From the IMG/VR virus record IMGVR_UViG_3300047157_000229, positions 38,796 through 102,795 of that record: 64,000 nt of DNA; one strand, 5' to 3'. Shown piece by piece: positions 42,597 through 52,086 of the stretch. The position numbers and the translations under genes were made by a program. How positions within the stretch are numbered: the first letter of the stretch is position 1; the number at the start of each line of letters is the position of its first letter. Below the pieces are notes generated by a model that did no database searches, had not been told where the DNA came from, and saw only the letters and a list, made by a program, of their open reading frames with translations. The stretch comes from a virus.

Positions 42597-45148
42597 ATGC
42601 ATTAAAATACACAGGATATAAAACGCCTTTCCCTGTAGGTGTTAAGTTGCCAGAGATTAAGATTGAGAATAAATACTACAAAGAAGTCTCATGTGAAGAA
42701 TCTGCAGACAATTACCAGTTTTTAAGGAAGTTGTGTTTCAAACGTCTACAACAAAAAGGTATTGACAAATTTGATAATGCTCAAGTTTACTATGATAGGT
42801 TAAAAGAAGAGCTGTCTATCTTCCAAGAGTTAGGGTTTGTAGACTATATACTACTAAACTGGGACATTATTAATTTTTGCGTAGAGAATGATATACCTAC
42901 AGGAGCTGGTCGAGGTAGCGCAGCTGGTTCTTTAGTTCTTTATGTTATCGGAGTGACGAATATAGATCCAATTGAGTATGATTTATTCTTTGAGAGATTT
43001 GTTTCGAAGAGTCGTGCAAAGAAGATAGAGCATGAAGGGGAGACTTTTCTCGATGGTAGTTTATTGGCTGATGTTGATAACGATATTTCTTATGATCGAA
43101 GATTAGAGGTTATAAAATATATTGAAAAAAAATATAAAGGCAAGACTTCTAAAATTTTGACGCTGAATACGTTAAGTGGTAAACTTTGCATGAAGGAATG
43201 TGGAAAGATAGTCGCGGAATTATCAGAGATGGAAGTGAATCACATTAGCGACTCGATTCCTAAGCACTATGGAATAGTGGCTAAATTACAAACGGCATAT
43301 GAAGAGAGCGAGACTTTCAAAAACCATGCGGATAAATATCCTAAAGTCTACAAGATAGCTAAAAAACTGCAAGGTCTGAACAAGAATACTGGAGTCCATC
43401 CTTCTGGGATATCTATTTCCTTTTATGAATTAGATGATATTATGCCACTACAGACGACAAATGATGACTCTTTGGTTTCGGCATATGACATGAATGATGT
43501 AGCCAGTTTAAGTGTCAAGTTCGATATCCTTGGTCTTCGAACATTGTCTGTCGTCCATGACGTTTGCAAGGGGCTAGGGATAAAGGCTTCTGATATAGAC
43601 CCTCATCACCCTAGTATATATGCGGCTTTATCTTGCTTAAGATCTCCGCAGGGGTTATTTCAGATTGAAGCAGATACAAACTTCAAAGTTTGCAAACTGA
43701 TCTCTCCTCAGAACCTCGAACAATTATCAGCGGTGGTCGCTATAGCAAGACCTGGAGCTTTAGATTTCAAGGATGCTTATGCTACTTATGTAAGAACTGG
43801 AGAATTCCAATCTGTTCATGAGTATTTTGATGACATCCTTAGTTATACTGGCGGGATACCTCTCTATCAGGAACAGTTGATGAAAATGGCTGTAAAAGTA
43901 GGTTTTAGTTTAGATGAATCGGAACAGCTAAGACGTATCGTCGGCAAGAAGAAGGTAGATAAAATGCCAGAGTGGAAGGCTAAAATTGATGATAAGATAA
44001 AAGAGAACGGGTTAGATCCTGAAGTGGGGGAAGTCCTGTGGAAAGTTGCAGAGGACTCCGCTAATTATTCTTTTAATAAATCTCACTCTATTAGTTATGC
44101 TTATTTAGCAGCGATTACTGTATACTTAAAATTCAACTACCCCCAAGAGTTTTACCTAAGTCTTCTGAAGTATACTAAGTTTGAGCCTAATTCTCATGAA
44201 GAGATAGCTAAGATATCTCAGGAGCTTTCTTATTTTGACATTGAGTTATTGCAGCCAGATTTAAATAAGTCGGATATCGATTTCAAAATTGAAGGTAAGA
44301 ATATTAGGTATGGTTTGAACTCGATAAAAGGTGTCTCGACTAAGGTCTTGGTATCTTTATTGGAATTTCGGGAAGATTCATTTTCTAATAAATATGAAGT
44401 CTTTTTGGCTGCTAAACAAGCAGGTTTGAACATCGGCACTTTATCAGCCCTTATACAAGCTGGATTGTTAGACTCATTTGTAAAACATACTAGACCAAGA
44501 TTGGTTTTGGAAGCCCAGACGTTCAATATTTTGACAGATAGAGAGAAGAGAAATCTACTTGAACTTGGTAAGTCATACGATTACGATATTATAACATCAA
44601 TACATGATGTAAAAACACAAGATATGGTTGGAGACGATAACAGGGTAATATTCAAGGACAAGAGGTTTGAGACATTCAAGAAAAAATATAAGCCCTACAA
44701 AGAAATTTATGAGATGAATAAAGTGCATAATAAGTACGCTAATTGGTATTTTGAAGAGAAACTATTAGGGTATAGTTATTCTTATAACATTAGAGAGATA
44801 TTTACTTATGGACAGGATTTTCATTCTGCTGACGCAGTGAAAGATCTTGAACCTAGAGCTAGGGTGAAATTCGTCGGCTCTTTAACTGATATTATAAAAC
44901 GTACTAGTCGGAACGGAAATAAATATGCTAGATTGACTATGCAGGATGAGACTGGTGTTTTAGAAGGGTTATTTCTAGATAGTGAGAGAGAGGGTCGATT
45001 AACTGATTATTTAGATTCTGGAAAAAAATTGCCTAATAAGGGTGATGTTGTTATAGTATTTGGGTCTAAAGGAGATGATATTGTGTTTCTCGACAAAATA
45101 GTCCCTTTGAAGGATAAAATCTATATGAAACTATCTGAACTAAAATAG
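42593..45148 (+). CDS. dnaE: DNA polymerase III alpha, catalytic part lacking PHP
   Basis: GRGSAAGSLV, FERF, ADVDND, HPSG, KFDILGL, YQEQLM, YSFNKSH, C-terminal OB fold. Confidence 0.95.
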   Translation: MNALKYTGYKTPFPVGVKLPEIKIENKYYKEVSCEESADNYQFLRKLCFKRLQQKGIDKFDNAQVYYDRLKEELSIFQELGFVDYILLNWDIINFCVENDIPTGAGRGSAAGSLVLYVIGVTNIDPIEYDLFFERFVSKSRAKKIEHEGETFLDGSLLADVDNDISYDRRLEVIKYIEKKYKGKTSKILTLNTLSGKLCMKECGKIVAELSEMEVNHISDSIPKHYGIVAKLQTAYEESETFKNHADKYPKVYKIAKKLQGLNKNTGVHPSGISISFYELDDIMPLQTTNDDSLVSAYDMNDVASLSVKFDILGLRTLSVVHDVCKGLGIKASDIDPHHPSIYAALSCLRSPQGLFQIEADTNFKVCKLISPQNLEQLSAVVAIARPGALDFKDAYATYVRTGEFQSVHEYFDDILSYTGGIPLYQEQLMKMAVKVGFSLDESEQLRRIVGKKKVDKMPEWKAKIDDKIKENGLDPEVGEVLWKVAEDSANYSFNKSHSISYAYLAAITVYLKFNYPQEFYLSLLKYTKFEPNSHEEIAKISQELSYFDIELLQPDLNKSDIDFKIEGKNIRYGLNSIKGVSTKVLVSLLEFREDSFSNKYEVFLAAKQAGLNIGTLSALIQAGLLDSFVKHTRPRLVLEAQTFNILTDREKRNLLELGKSYDYDIITSIHDVKTQDMVGDDNRVIFKDKRFETFKKKYKPYKEIYEMNKVHNKYANWYFEEKLLGYSYSYNIREIFTYGQDFHSADAVKDLEPRARVKFVGSLTDIIKRTSRNGNKYARLTMQDETGVLEGLFLDSEREGRLTDYLDSGKKLPNKGDVVIVFGSKGDDIVFLDKIVPLKDKIYMKLSELK

Positions 45149-45159
45149 TGTAAAGAATT

Positions 45160-47586
45160 ATGATGGGTTTAGCCGATTTCAACCTTACACCTAAAGCGAA
45201 GAAAGGATTAAAAGATTCTAAGAAGTTTGCTAGGGATAATGGTCACGATTTAGTAACAGTAGCTCACTTGGTATATGGCTGTTTATCGAATATATCTGAT
45301 ACCTGTTCGCTTAGATTAAAATCTTATGATATAGATTTAGATGTTGAGGTGTTTAAAGGTATTTTCGAAAAATACTCAAAAGAAAACGAGTATTACTTTT
45401 TAAGTAAGAAGGGGCAAGGAGGATGGCATAGTGATGTGAATGAGACGATAAAGTCTGCGAAAGATTTTTCGGACATGTTCGATAGTTATTTTATTGGTAT
45501 AGAGCATATACTTTATGTAATTCTGGATTCTGATAATGATTTTATAAAATTTCTATCTAAAAACAGTATCGATCTTCTGTTGTCAAAAGATTTGATTGAG
45601 GGTTATGTCTTAGAAGATAGCATTCCCGCTTTGGATAGGATGAGGGATTCATTTGTCTCTGAGACTGAAGAGCTTGTTAATGTCGAAGATCTCCAATCTC
45701 CATTACCTAATATCTCAAAATACTGCATAAACTTGAATGAAAAGTATATTGCGAATAAAAACGCTGTTATTTCTGGAAGGGACAATGAAATTCACCAGCT
45801 TGTAGAAATCCTTTCTAAGAAAAACAAAAGCAATGCAATCTTAGTCGGAGATGCAGGTGTCGGTAAAACAGCTATAGCAGAAGGTTTAGCCCAAAAAATC
45901 GTAGGGCAAGAAGTGCCGCCGCACATGTCTCTCATGCAGATTTGCTCAGTTGATATAAGTGCTATGGTCGCTGGGACCAAGTATAGAGGGGAGTTTGAAG
46001 AGAAATTCAAAGCTTTGATCTCAGAAGCGGAAAAAGAACCTAATATCATACTCTTTTTTGATGAGATTCATACTATAATAGGTGCTGGTAATTCAGAAGG
46101 CGCTGTAGATGCTTCAAATATGCTTAAACCAGCCCTTGCTAGAGGAGAGATAAAATGCATAGGGGCGACAACAACCCAAGAATACAAGAAGTTCTTTGAG
46201 AAAGATACTGCGATTAAAAGGAGATTCGAAAAAATAGAGGTCGAGGAACCTACTAAAGCAGAAACAAAAGAGATTATATTAAAAACAATTTGTTATTATG
46301 AAGATTTTCACAATGTTCGATATTTAGAATCTGATATTGATACAGTCATAGATTTTTGTGAAAAATATTTGAGTAACAAGAAGTTTCCTGATAAAGCATT
46401 CGATGTCATTGACCAATTGGGGGCTAGGACTAGGATCAAATACAACAAGACCCCATCTAAGGTGGATGACGTTAGAGATTCTTTTTGTAAGGTTCTAATG
46501 GATAGTGATAATGATGAGGAATTAGATGAGGAGCAGTTTACTTTGTTATTGAAAGACTACCTTCAAGTAATGTCTCGTTATCAAGAGAATCGGGGTAGGA
46601 AGCAAAATATTAGACAAAAAGACATCTTAGCTATTTTCCAAGAGAAGACTGGATTATCAGCGAAAACTCTTAATAAGAACCATTCTTCTTTTGTCTCTTT
46701 CTCTAAACAAATGAATAGCGAAGTTTTTGGGCAGCATAAGAATATAAATCTTATTTATAATGCTTTATCTTGTGCTAAAGCAGGTTTAAATGATCCTAGT
46801 AAACCATTAAGTAATTTTCTTTTTGTCGGAGATACAAGTGTGGGCAAGACATATACTGCTAAAAAAATAGCAAAGTATTTCTTTGGTAATGAGAAATCAT
46901 TTTTACAACTTAATATGAGCGAATACCAAGATAAAACAGCTATCTCTAAACTTATGGGTGCAAATGCTGGCTATGTAGGTTATGACGAAGGTGGGCTGCT
47001 CACAGAGTTTGTTCGTAATAATCCCAACTGCGTTGTATTGTTTGATGAAGTCGAGAAATGTGAGCCTAAAGTTTTAGATATTTTACTCCACATTCTAGAT
47101 GAGGGTTATGCTACAGATAACCTTAATAGGAATATCGATTTCAGTAAGACTATAGTCATTATGACTTCTAATATTGGTCATAAAGAAAAATCATCTAAGA
47201 GTATGGGATTTGCTCCTGATAAACAACAAGAGATAGATGTTTATAATTCTTGTGTTAAAAAATATTTTAGACCAGAGTTATTAGCTCGCGTCGATGAGGT
47301 ATTGATTTTTAATGAGTTGGGAGAACGTGAATTGAGGCAGATCATAAGAAAAGAGCTGTTTGAAATAAAATCTAGACTATTAGACAGGGATATAAATGTA
47401 GTCTTGCAGAAAAAAGTAGAGACTTATATCTTTAATAAGATTAAAAATGATAAAAATCACGCTAGACAAATAAAAAGTGTTGTAAAATCTCTAGTTCAAG
47501 TCCCGATATCTAACTTCATCGTAAATAACAGAGATGTTGAGAAAATATCGATAAATATAGTTGACAAATCGCTACAATTTGCATAA
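45160..47586 (+). CDS. ClpA/ClpC-type Hsp100 AAA+ ATPase
   Basis: Clp-N repeats, GDAGVGKT, FFDEIHT, GDTSVGKT, LFDEVEK, SMGF loop, RPELLAR. Confidence 0.92.
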   Translation: MMGLADFNLTPKAKKGLKDSKKFARDNGHDLVTVAHLVYGCLSNISDTCSLRLKSYDIDLDVEVFKGIFEKYSKENEYYFLSKKGQGGWHSDVNETIKSAKDFSDMFDSYFIGIEHILYVILDSDNDFIKFLSKNSIDLLLSKDLIEGYVLEDSIPALDRMRDSFVSETEELVNVEDLQSPLPNISKYCINLNEKYIANKNAVISGRDNEIHQLVEILSKKNKSNAILVGDAGVGKTAIAEGLAQKIVGQEVPPHMSLMQICSVDISAMVAGTKYRGEFEEKFKALISEAEKEPNIILFFDEIHTIIGAGNSEGAVDASNMLKPALARGEIKCIGATTTQEYKKFFEKDTAIKRRFEKIEVEEPTKAETKEIILKTICYYEDFHNVRYLESDIDTVIDFCEKYLSNKKFPDKAFDVIDQLGARTRIKYNKTPSKVDDVRDSFCKVLMDSDNDEELDEEQFTLLLKDYLQVMSRYQENRGRKQNIRQKDILAIFQEKTGLSAKTLNKNHSSFVSFSKQMNSEVFGQHKNINLIYNALSCAKAGLNDPSKPLSNFLFVGDTSVGKTYTAKKIAKYFFGNEKSFLQLNMSEYQDKTAISKLMGANAGYVGYDEGGLLTEFVRNNPNCVVLFDEVEKCEPKVLDILLHILDEGYATDNLNRNIDFSKTIVIMTSNIGHKEKSSKSMGFAPDKQQEIDVYNSCVKKYFRPELLARVDEVLIFNELGERELRQIIRKELFEIKSRLLDRDINVVLQKKVETYIFNKIKNDKNHARQIKSVVKSLVQVPISNFIVNNRDVEKISINIVDKSLQFA

Positions 47587-47589
47587 GAT
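47561..47589 (+). promoter_or_regulatory. Strong sigma70-like promoter
   Basis: TTGACA-17-TAAGAT, 5 nt before ATG 47595. Confidence 0.7.
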
Positions 47590-47594
47590 ATGGC

Positions 47595-47818
47595 ATGGAT
47601 AAAGTAAACCTACGGGTAATGAAAGCTATTCGCAATTCGAAAGGACGTTTCTTTGGTCTCTACACAAAGCAGGGTGAATCACTCAACGCTCAGCTTCAGT
47701 CTGAAACAGACCAAACAATTGTGGTTTATGATCGCAATTTTAATCGTACCCGCCGTTTCTCTAAAGCAGCATTTCTGGGGTGCGTATTGCTGCTAAAAAA
47801 TTTGGTAAGGTTTTTTAA
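47595..47818 (+). CDS. Small basic hypothetical protein (probable indel near 47765)
   Basis: Has its own promoter and terminator; alternative-frame C-terminus SISGVRIAAKKFGKVF. Confidence 0.6.
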
Positions 47819-47862
47819 ATCTTACTGATAATAGATAACATAAGATTATCGTTCATATTACT

Positions 47863-47896
47863 CTACCCCCTCCTTGAAAAAGGAAGGGGTAGTTTT
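47863..47896 (+). terminator. Rho-independent terminator
   Basis: CTACCCCcTCCTT-GAAA-AAGGAaGGGGTAG-TTTT. Confidence 0.7.
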
Positions 47897-47906
47897 ATTA
47901 TAAGAT

Positions 47907-48971
47907 GTGAAACTCTCTTCTTTATTTAAGGGAAAAGTTTATACTTTCCCACAGACTAAAAATCAAGATCAAGACAAGTCTTTTGCTTTAGAGGTTGTAA
48001 AAAGAATAAAACCTGATTTAGTCTTATCTGACATTACAGTGGGGGCTATTAAAGACCATTATGATGTTTTTGTTCTCAAGGATGATAAAGGCGGTATTTT
48101 TAAACTGAAAATATCTCTAGATGATTCTTTTGAGGTATTAAAAAAAGAATACAATGTCACAAAGAACTCCGCTTCTACTGTAGTTCCTAAGTTAGTGAAA
48201 TATGGAACTGTAAAAATAGGAGATGAAGTGACTTATCTTCTTGTCGATATTCCTCCTTGCGAAAGTTTAAGAGAATACGGTAGATCTTCTGTTCTTGGTG
48301 AATTGGATCTATTTATTAATTCATATTTTATTTTTCAAAAAACAAAAGGAGTTAGAACCACTTATAAAACTCATTTGTTAAGTTTTTTGGATAGCGTCGA
48401 TCCTTCATCTTATTTACCAGAAGAGTCTCTGGAAGCTTTAAAGAGCTATACTGATTATAGTCTATGTAACCAATTCATTTCATCCTTGGTGGAAGAGACC
48501 AAGGCTTTAATGAATACTTTCGATTTGCCTTATAGATATAAATGTCATGGAGCGTTATCCTTAGATAATATATTTGTTAATAGCGGCCACTTTTATTTTG
48601 ATGACTTTTAAGATGTCTTTATGGGCCATCCTTACATAGATTTAATTAATCTAATTTTTGAATTAGGTGTGCATCCAGATAATCAGTTCAGGTTATTGTC
48701 TTTATTCTGTCAGAAAGGCGAGATAAATGAAGATAGACCTCTATTTAAGTCTATTTATGAGATAGAAATTAGGAAAAAGATCTTAATTTTAATTACTGAG
48801 TATGTTAAAGAGGTTTATGTTTATGATTCATATAGATATAATAATATTTTGAATATAGCGGATACTTTTTCTCATTGTTATGAAAGGTTCTGCAAGATAA
48901 AAATGTTTCAAGAAAACAAAGAATTTATCATGAAAACTATCTGTGAGCCTATTTTTGGTGTAAAAGCTTAA
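47907..48971 (+). CDS. APH/choline-kinase-like fold protein, interrupted by an in-frame TAA at 48609-48611
   Basis: KLKI...E, VPKLV, CHGAL..DNI, FDDF*DVFMGHPYIDL; both ORFs are in the same frame. Confidence 0.65.
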
Positions 48972-48973
48972 GT

Positions 48974-49456
48974 ATGCCACTACCAACACCAAACGATGGG
49001 GAGAAGCGCTCTAAATTTATAGAGCGTTGTATGTTAGACCTTTCAGAAAAAGGCGAATTTACTGATGCAAAGCAGAGGACTGCGGTATGCTATTCACAAT
49101 TCAAAAAAGCTGAGAGTAAAGCTTCTGTTATAGTTGGTAATCCTTGGGATGAGTCTGATATTTATTATTACTTTTCTGAATCTAGTGATGGTCCAATGAG
49201 TCACTACTTCAAAACTAAGGAGGAAGCTTTGAGTGATGGGTCTAAGATGGGTTTAGATGGCTACCATGTTTACAAAAATGAAGCTGGCGATAAATTGTAT
49301 ATGGCTGGACCAGATTATAAAACATTTAGTTCTTTGTGGGAGAACATCCGAAAGAAAAAGCAGAGAATCAAAAGTGGATCTGGAGAGAAGATGAGAAAAA
49401 AAGGAGATAAGGGCGCTCCAACTCCAGAGCAGATTAAAAAAGCTAAAGGAGAATAG
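48974..49456 (+). CDS. Multi-module small basic hypothetical protein
   Basis: MPLPTP...FIERCM...QRTAVCYSQ; C-terminal LWENIRKK..RIKSGSGEKMRKKGDKGAPT. Confidence 0.7.
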   Translation: MPLPTPNDGEKRSKFIERCMLDLSEKGEFTDAKQRTAVCYSQFKKAESKASVIVGNPWDESDIYYYFSESSDGPMSHYFKTKEEALSDGSKMGLDGYHVYKNEAGDKLYMAGPDYKTFSSLWENIRKKKQRIKSGSGEKMRKKGDKGAPTPEQIKKAKGE

Positions 49457-49458
49457 CT

Positions 49459-49662
49459 ATGATTAAAAAAATACTAATTTTAACTATAGCGGCAATTTTG
49501 ATAGTATCTTGTTCTTCTTGTTGAGGGAGAGTAAAATGCGTGACCGTGAGTCATGTAAAATCACTTGAGCCAAACCTAAAAGATTATGAGGTGAAAAATG
49601 GGAAGCTTTACCCTAAAAAAATGCATCCTGCATTAGAAAATTTAAGAAAACCTAAAGATTAA
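49459..49662 (+). CDS. Putative small lipoprotein (not in ORF track; indels)
   Basis: MIKKILILTIAAILIVSC signal peptide/lipobox; 3' coding-like EPNLKDYEVKNGKLYP...KPKD*. Confidence 0.4.
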
Positions 49663-49701
49663 TTTATGTAGAAAAAAGGACATGATTCCTTAATATTCTA
49701 C

Positions 49702-50196
49702 ATGATTGTTCAGTATTATAAGCCTAATTCTAGGAACACTGGGTGCGCTTTCAGTTTCGATATCGGAGCTAACAATAAGAATCAAGAGCCTTGTGTATAT
49801 ATCAGGGCTGTAAAACAGTTTTCTTGGAATGATAAAACAAGAACTGGTTCTTTTTCTGAAAACGCAAAGAACCCTGATAAGTCTATTTCTATCAAGCTTA
49901 ACGAAATAGAAGTGGGTGGATTCATTTATGCTATAGAAAAGTATACTGAATTTTCAGCTTTCCACTCTTATGAAGATAATAAAACTTCTATCTCGTTTAA
50001 GCCTTACCAGAAGAAAGACGGCACTCCTGCTTTTTCTTTTGGTGTGACGAGGAATTCAGCTAATAAATTTGGCATTGGCGTAGAGATGTCAGAGGGTTAC
50101 AACCTACTAGAGTTCTGCAAGTTCTTTCTGCAAGAGTTATATGCTTATAGGCTTCAAAATAATATCGATAAAAGAAAAGCTAACGCTTCTCACTAA
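49702..50196 (+). CDS. Hypothetical protein, possible Whirly/PC4-like ssDNA-binding fold
   Basis: SIKLNEIEVGGFI...FSAFH pattern; repeated beta-strands-plus-helix layout. Confidence 0.4.
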   Translation: MIVQYYKPNSRNTGCAFSFDIGANNKNQEPCVYIRAVKQFSWNDKTRTGSFSENAKNPDKSISIKLNEIEVGGFIYAIEKYTEFSAFHSYEDNKTSISFKPYQKKDGTPAFSFGVTRNSANKFGIGVEMSEGYNLLEFCKFFLQELYAYRLQNNIDKRKANASH

Positions 50197-52086
50197 TGAA
50201 GAAAACTGTATTAATTCATTCGAATTTTACTAGAGCTTTCACTGGTTTCGGTAAAAACAAAAAGAATATCATGCGGTATCTCCATGATACAGGCAAGTAT
50301 AATCTTATCGAGCTAGCTAATGGTATAGAATGGGAAGCTCCTAGCACACAGCTCCTACCTTGGACTTGTAGGGGTAGCTTACCTAAACCACAAGAGATGC
50401 AGGGATTAACTGCAGAACAGCAGAGGGAGCAAGGATATGGCTCTAAATTAGTCGATAGAGCGATTAAAGAGTTCAAACCTGATGTTTATATCGGAATGGA
50501 GGATATATGGGGTTTTAATGGTTACCATACGAAACCTTGGTGGAATAAAGTAAATACATGATCTGGACGACTCTAGATAGTCTTCCAATTTTACCTCAAG
50601 CTATTGAATATGCCCCTAAGATAAAGAATTATTATGTTTGGGCCTCTTTCGCAGAGAAGGCAATGAATGAGTTGGGATATAGCAATGTTAAGACATTGAG
50701 AGGTTCTCTAGATAAAGACAATTTTCATAACTAGCTGATGAAAAACGTCAGTTTATTAGGGAGAGGAATGGGCTAAAAGATGAATTTATCATTGGATTTG
50801 TTTTTAGGAATCAACTCAGAAAAAGTGTTCCTAATATCCTAGAAGGATTTAAGAAGTTTAAAGAAGACCACCCACAATCGAAGGCTAAGTTATTGTTACA
50901 CACTCACTGGTCTGAAGGTTGGGATATTCAGCGGCTTCTGAAAGAGAAGGGTATAGAGCATACAGATATTTTAACTACTTATGTTTGTAATAAGTGCGGA
51001 GCATATCACATATCCCCATTCAAGGGTCAAGAGCAAAATTGCCCTTCTTGTGGAACAGAGAAATCTGTAAACACAACGAATACTGGGAGAGGGGTAACAG
51101 ATACCCAGCTAAATGAAATTTATAATTTGATGGATGTTTACTGCCATCCTTTCACAAGCGGTGGTCAAGAGATACCTATCCAAGAGGCTAAGCTAGCAGA
51201 ACTCATAACACTGGTCACTAATTATTCTTGTGGCGAAGATTGTTGCACAGAGGAGTCGGGTGGTCTTCCATTGGAGTGGACGGAGTATAGAGAACCTGGG
51301 ACTCAGTTTATCAAAGCTTCTACTTGTCCAGAGAGCATATCCTCTCAGCTCTCGAAAGTCCATGCTATGACGCAGGAAGAACGAGATGATCAAGGTGAAA
51401 AATCTAGGCTATGGACTATAGATAATTTTAGTATCGAGGTAATTGGCAAACAGTTGGAGGACATCATTGATAAAATGCCACCTGTAGAATATGATTACGA
51501 AACAGCTCATTTGGACTTTAATCCTGATTATCAACCTAAAGGTGATTATGCCTCTAGTGCAGAGTTTATCATAGATATCTACAAGAATATTTTAAGAGAC
51601 GATGTAGACCACAACTCCCAAGGGTTTAAGCATTGGATGACTAAGCTACAGCAAGGCCAAAGTCCTCAAGAAGTCGCAAACTATTTCAGGCATGTAGCTA
51701 TCCAAGAAAGGCAGAAATCACAGATACCCAGTATGGAATCTCTTTTGTCTAAGCAAGGAGACAATAAGAGGATAGCAATAGTTATCCCTCAAAGTGAGGT
51801 AGATGTATTGCTTATTAATTCATTATTAAAGAATTTTAAATCGCAGTATCAAGATTATGATTTGTATATTTTTACAGACCCTCAGTATTACCCTTATATA
51901 GATGATAACCCTGCGATTTATAAGTTGATGCCATACAACCCTTCTATAGAAAATCAATTAGTTATGGAGGGTTGTAATGATCATGAAGGTTATTTTGAAA
52001 TGGTGTTTTATCCACACGCTACAACACAAAAATCATTGTCTTATTTACATAATGGACTCGATAAACACCAATTTTCTCTAAAATAA
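50196..52086 (+). CDS. Multidomain GT-B glycosyltransferase (indels at ~50558 and ~50730)
   Basis: TGFG, KPDV, FVFRNQLRK, CNKC...CPSC, SGGQEIPIQEA, DUF4214-like segment. Confidence 0.8.

Noticed and set aside
41219-45148. Split intein or intron joining the DnaE pieces
   Set aside because: There are no intein terminal motifs (C/S start, HN end) and no homing endonuclease; the intervening gene is a complete DEDDh exonuclease.
34780-51000. Stop-codon reassignment (TAG or TGA recoding) as the cause of fragmented ORFs
   Set aside because: The breaks are frame changes rather than in-frame stops (only one in-frame TAA was seen), and intact genes end in TAA, TAG and TGA.
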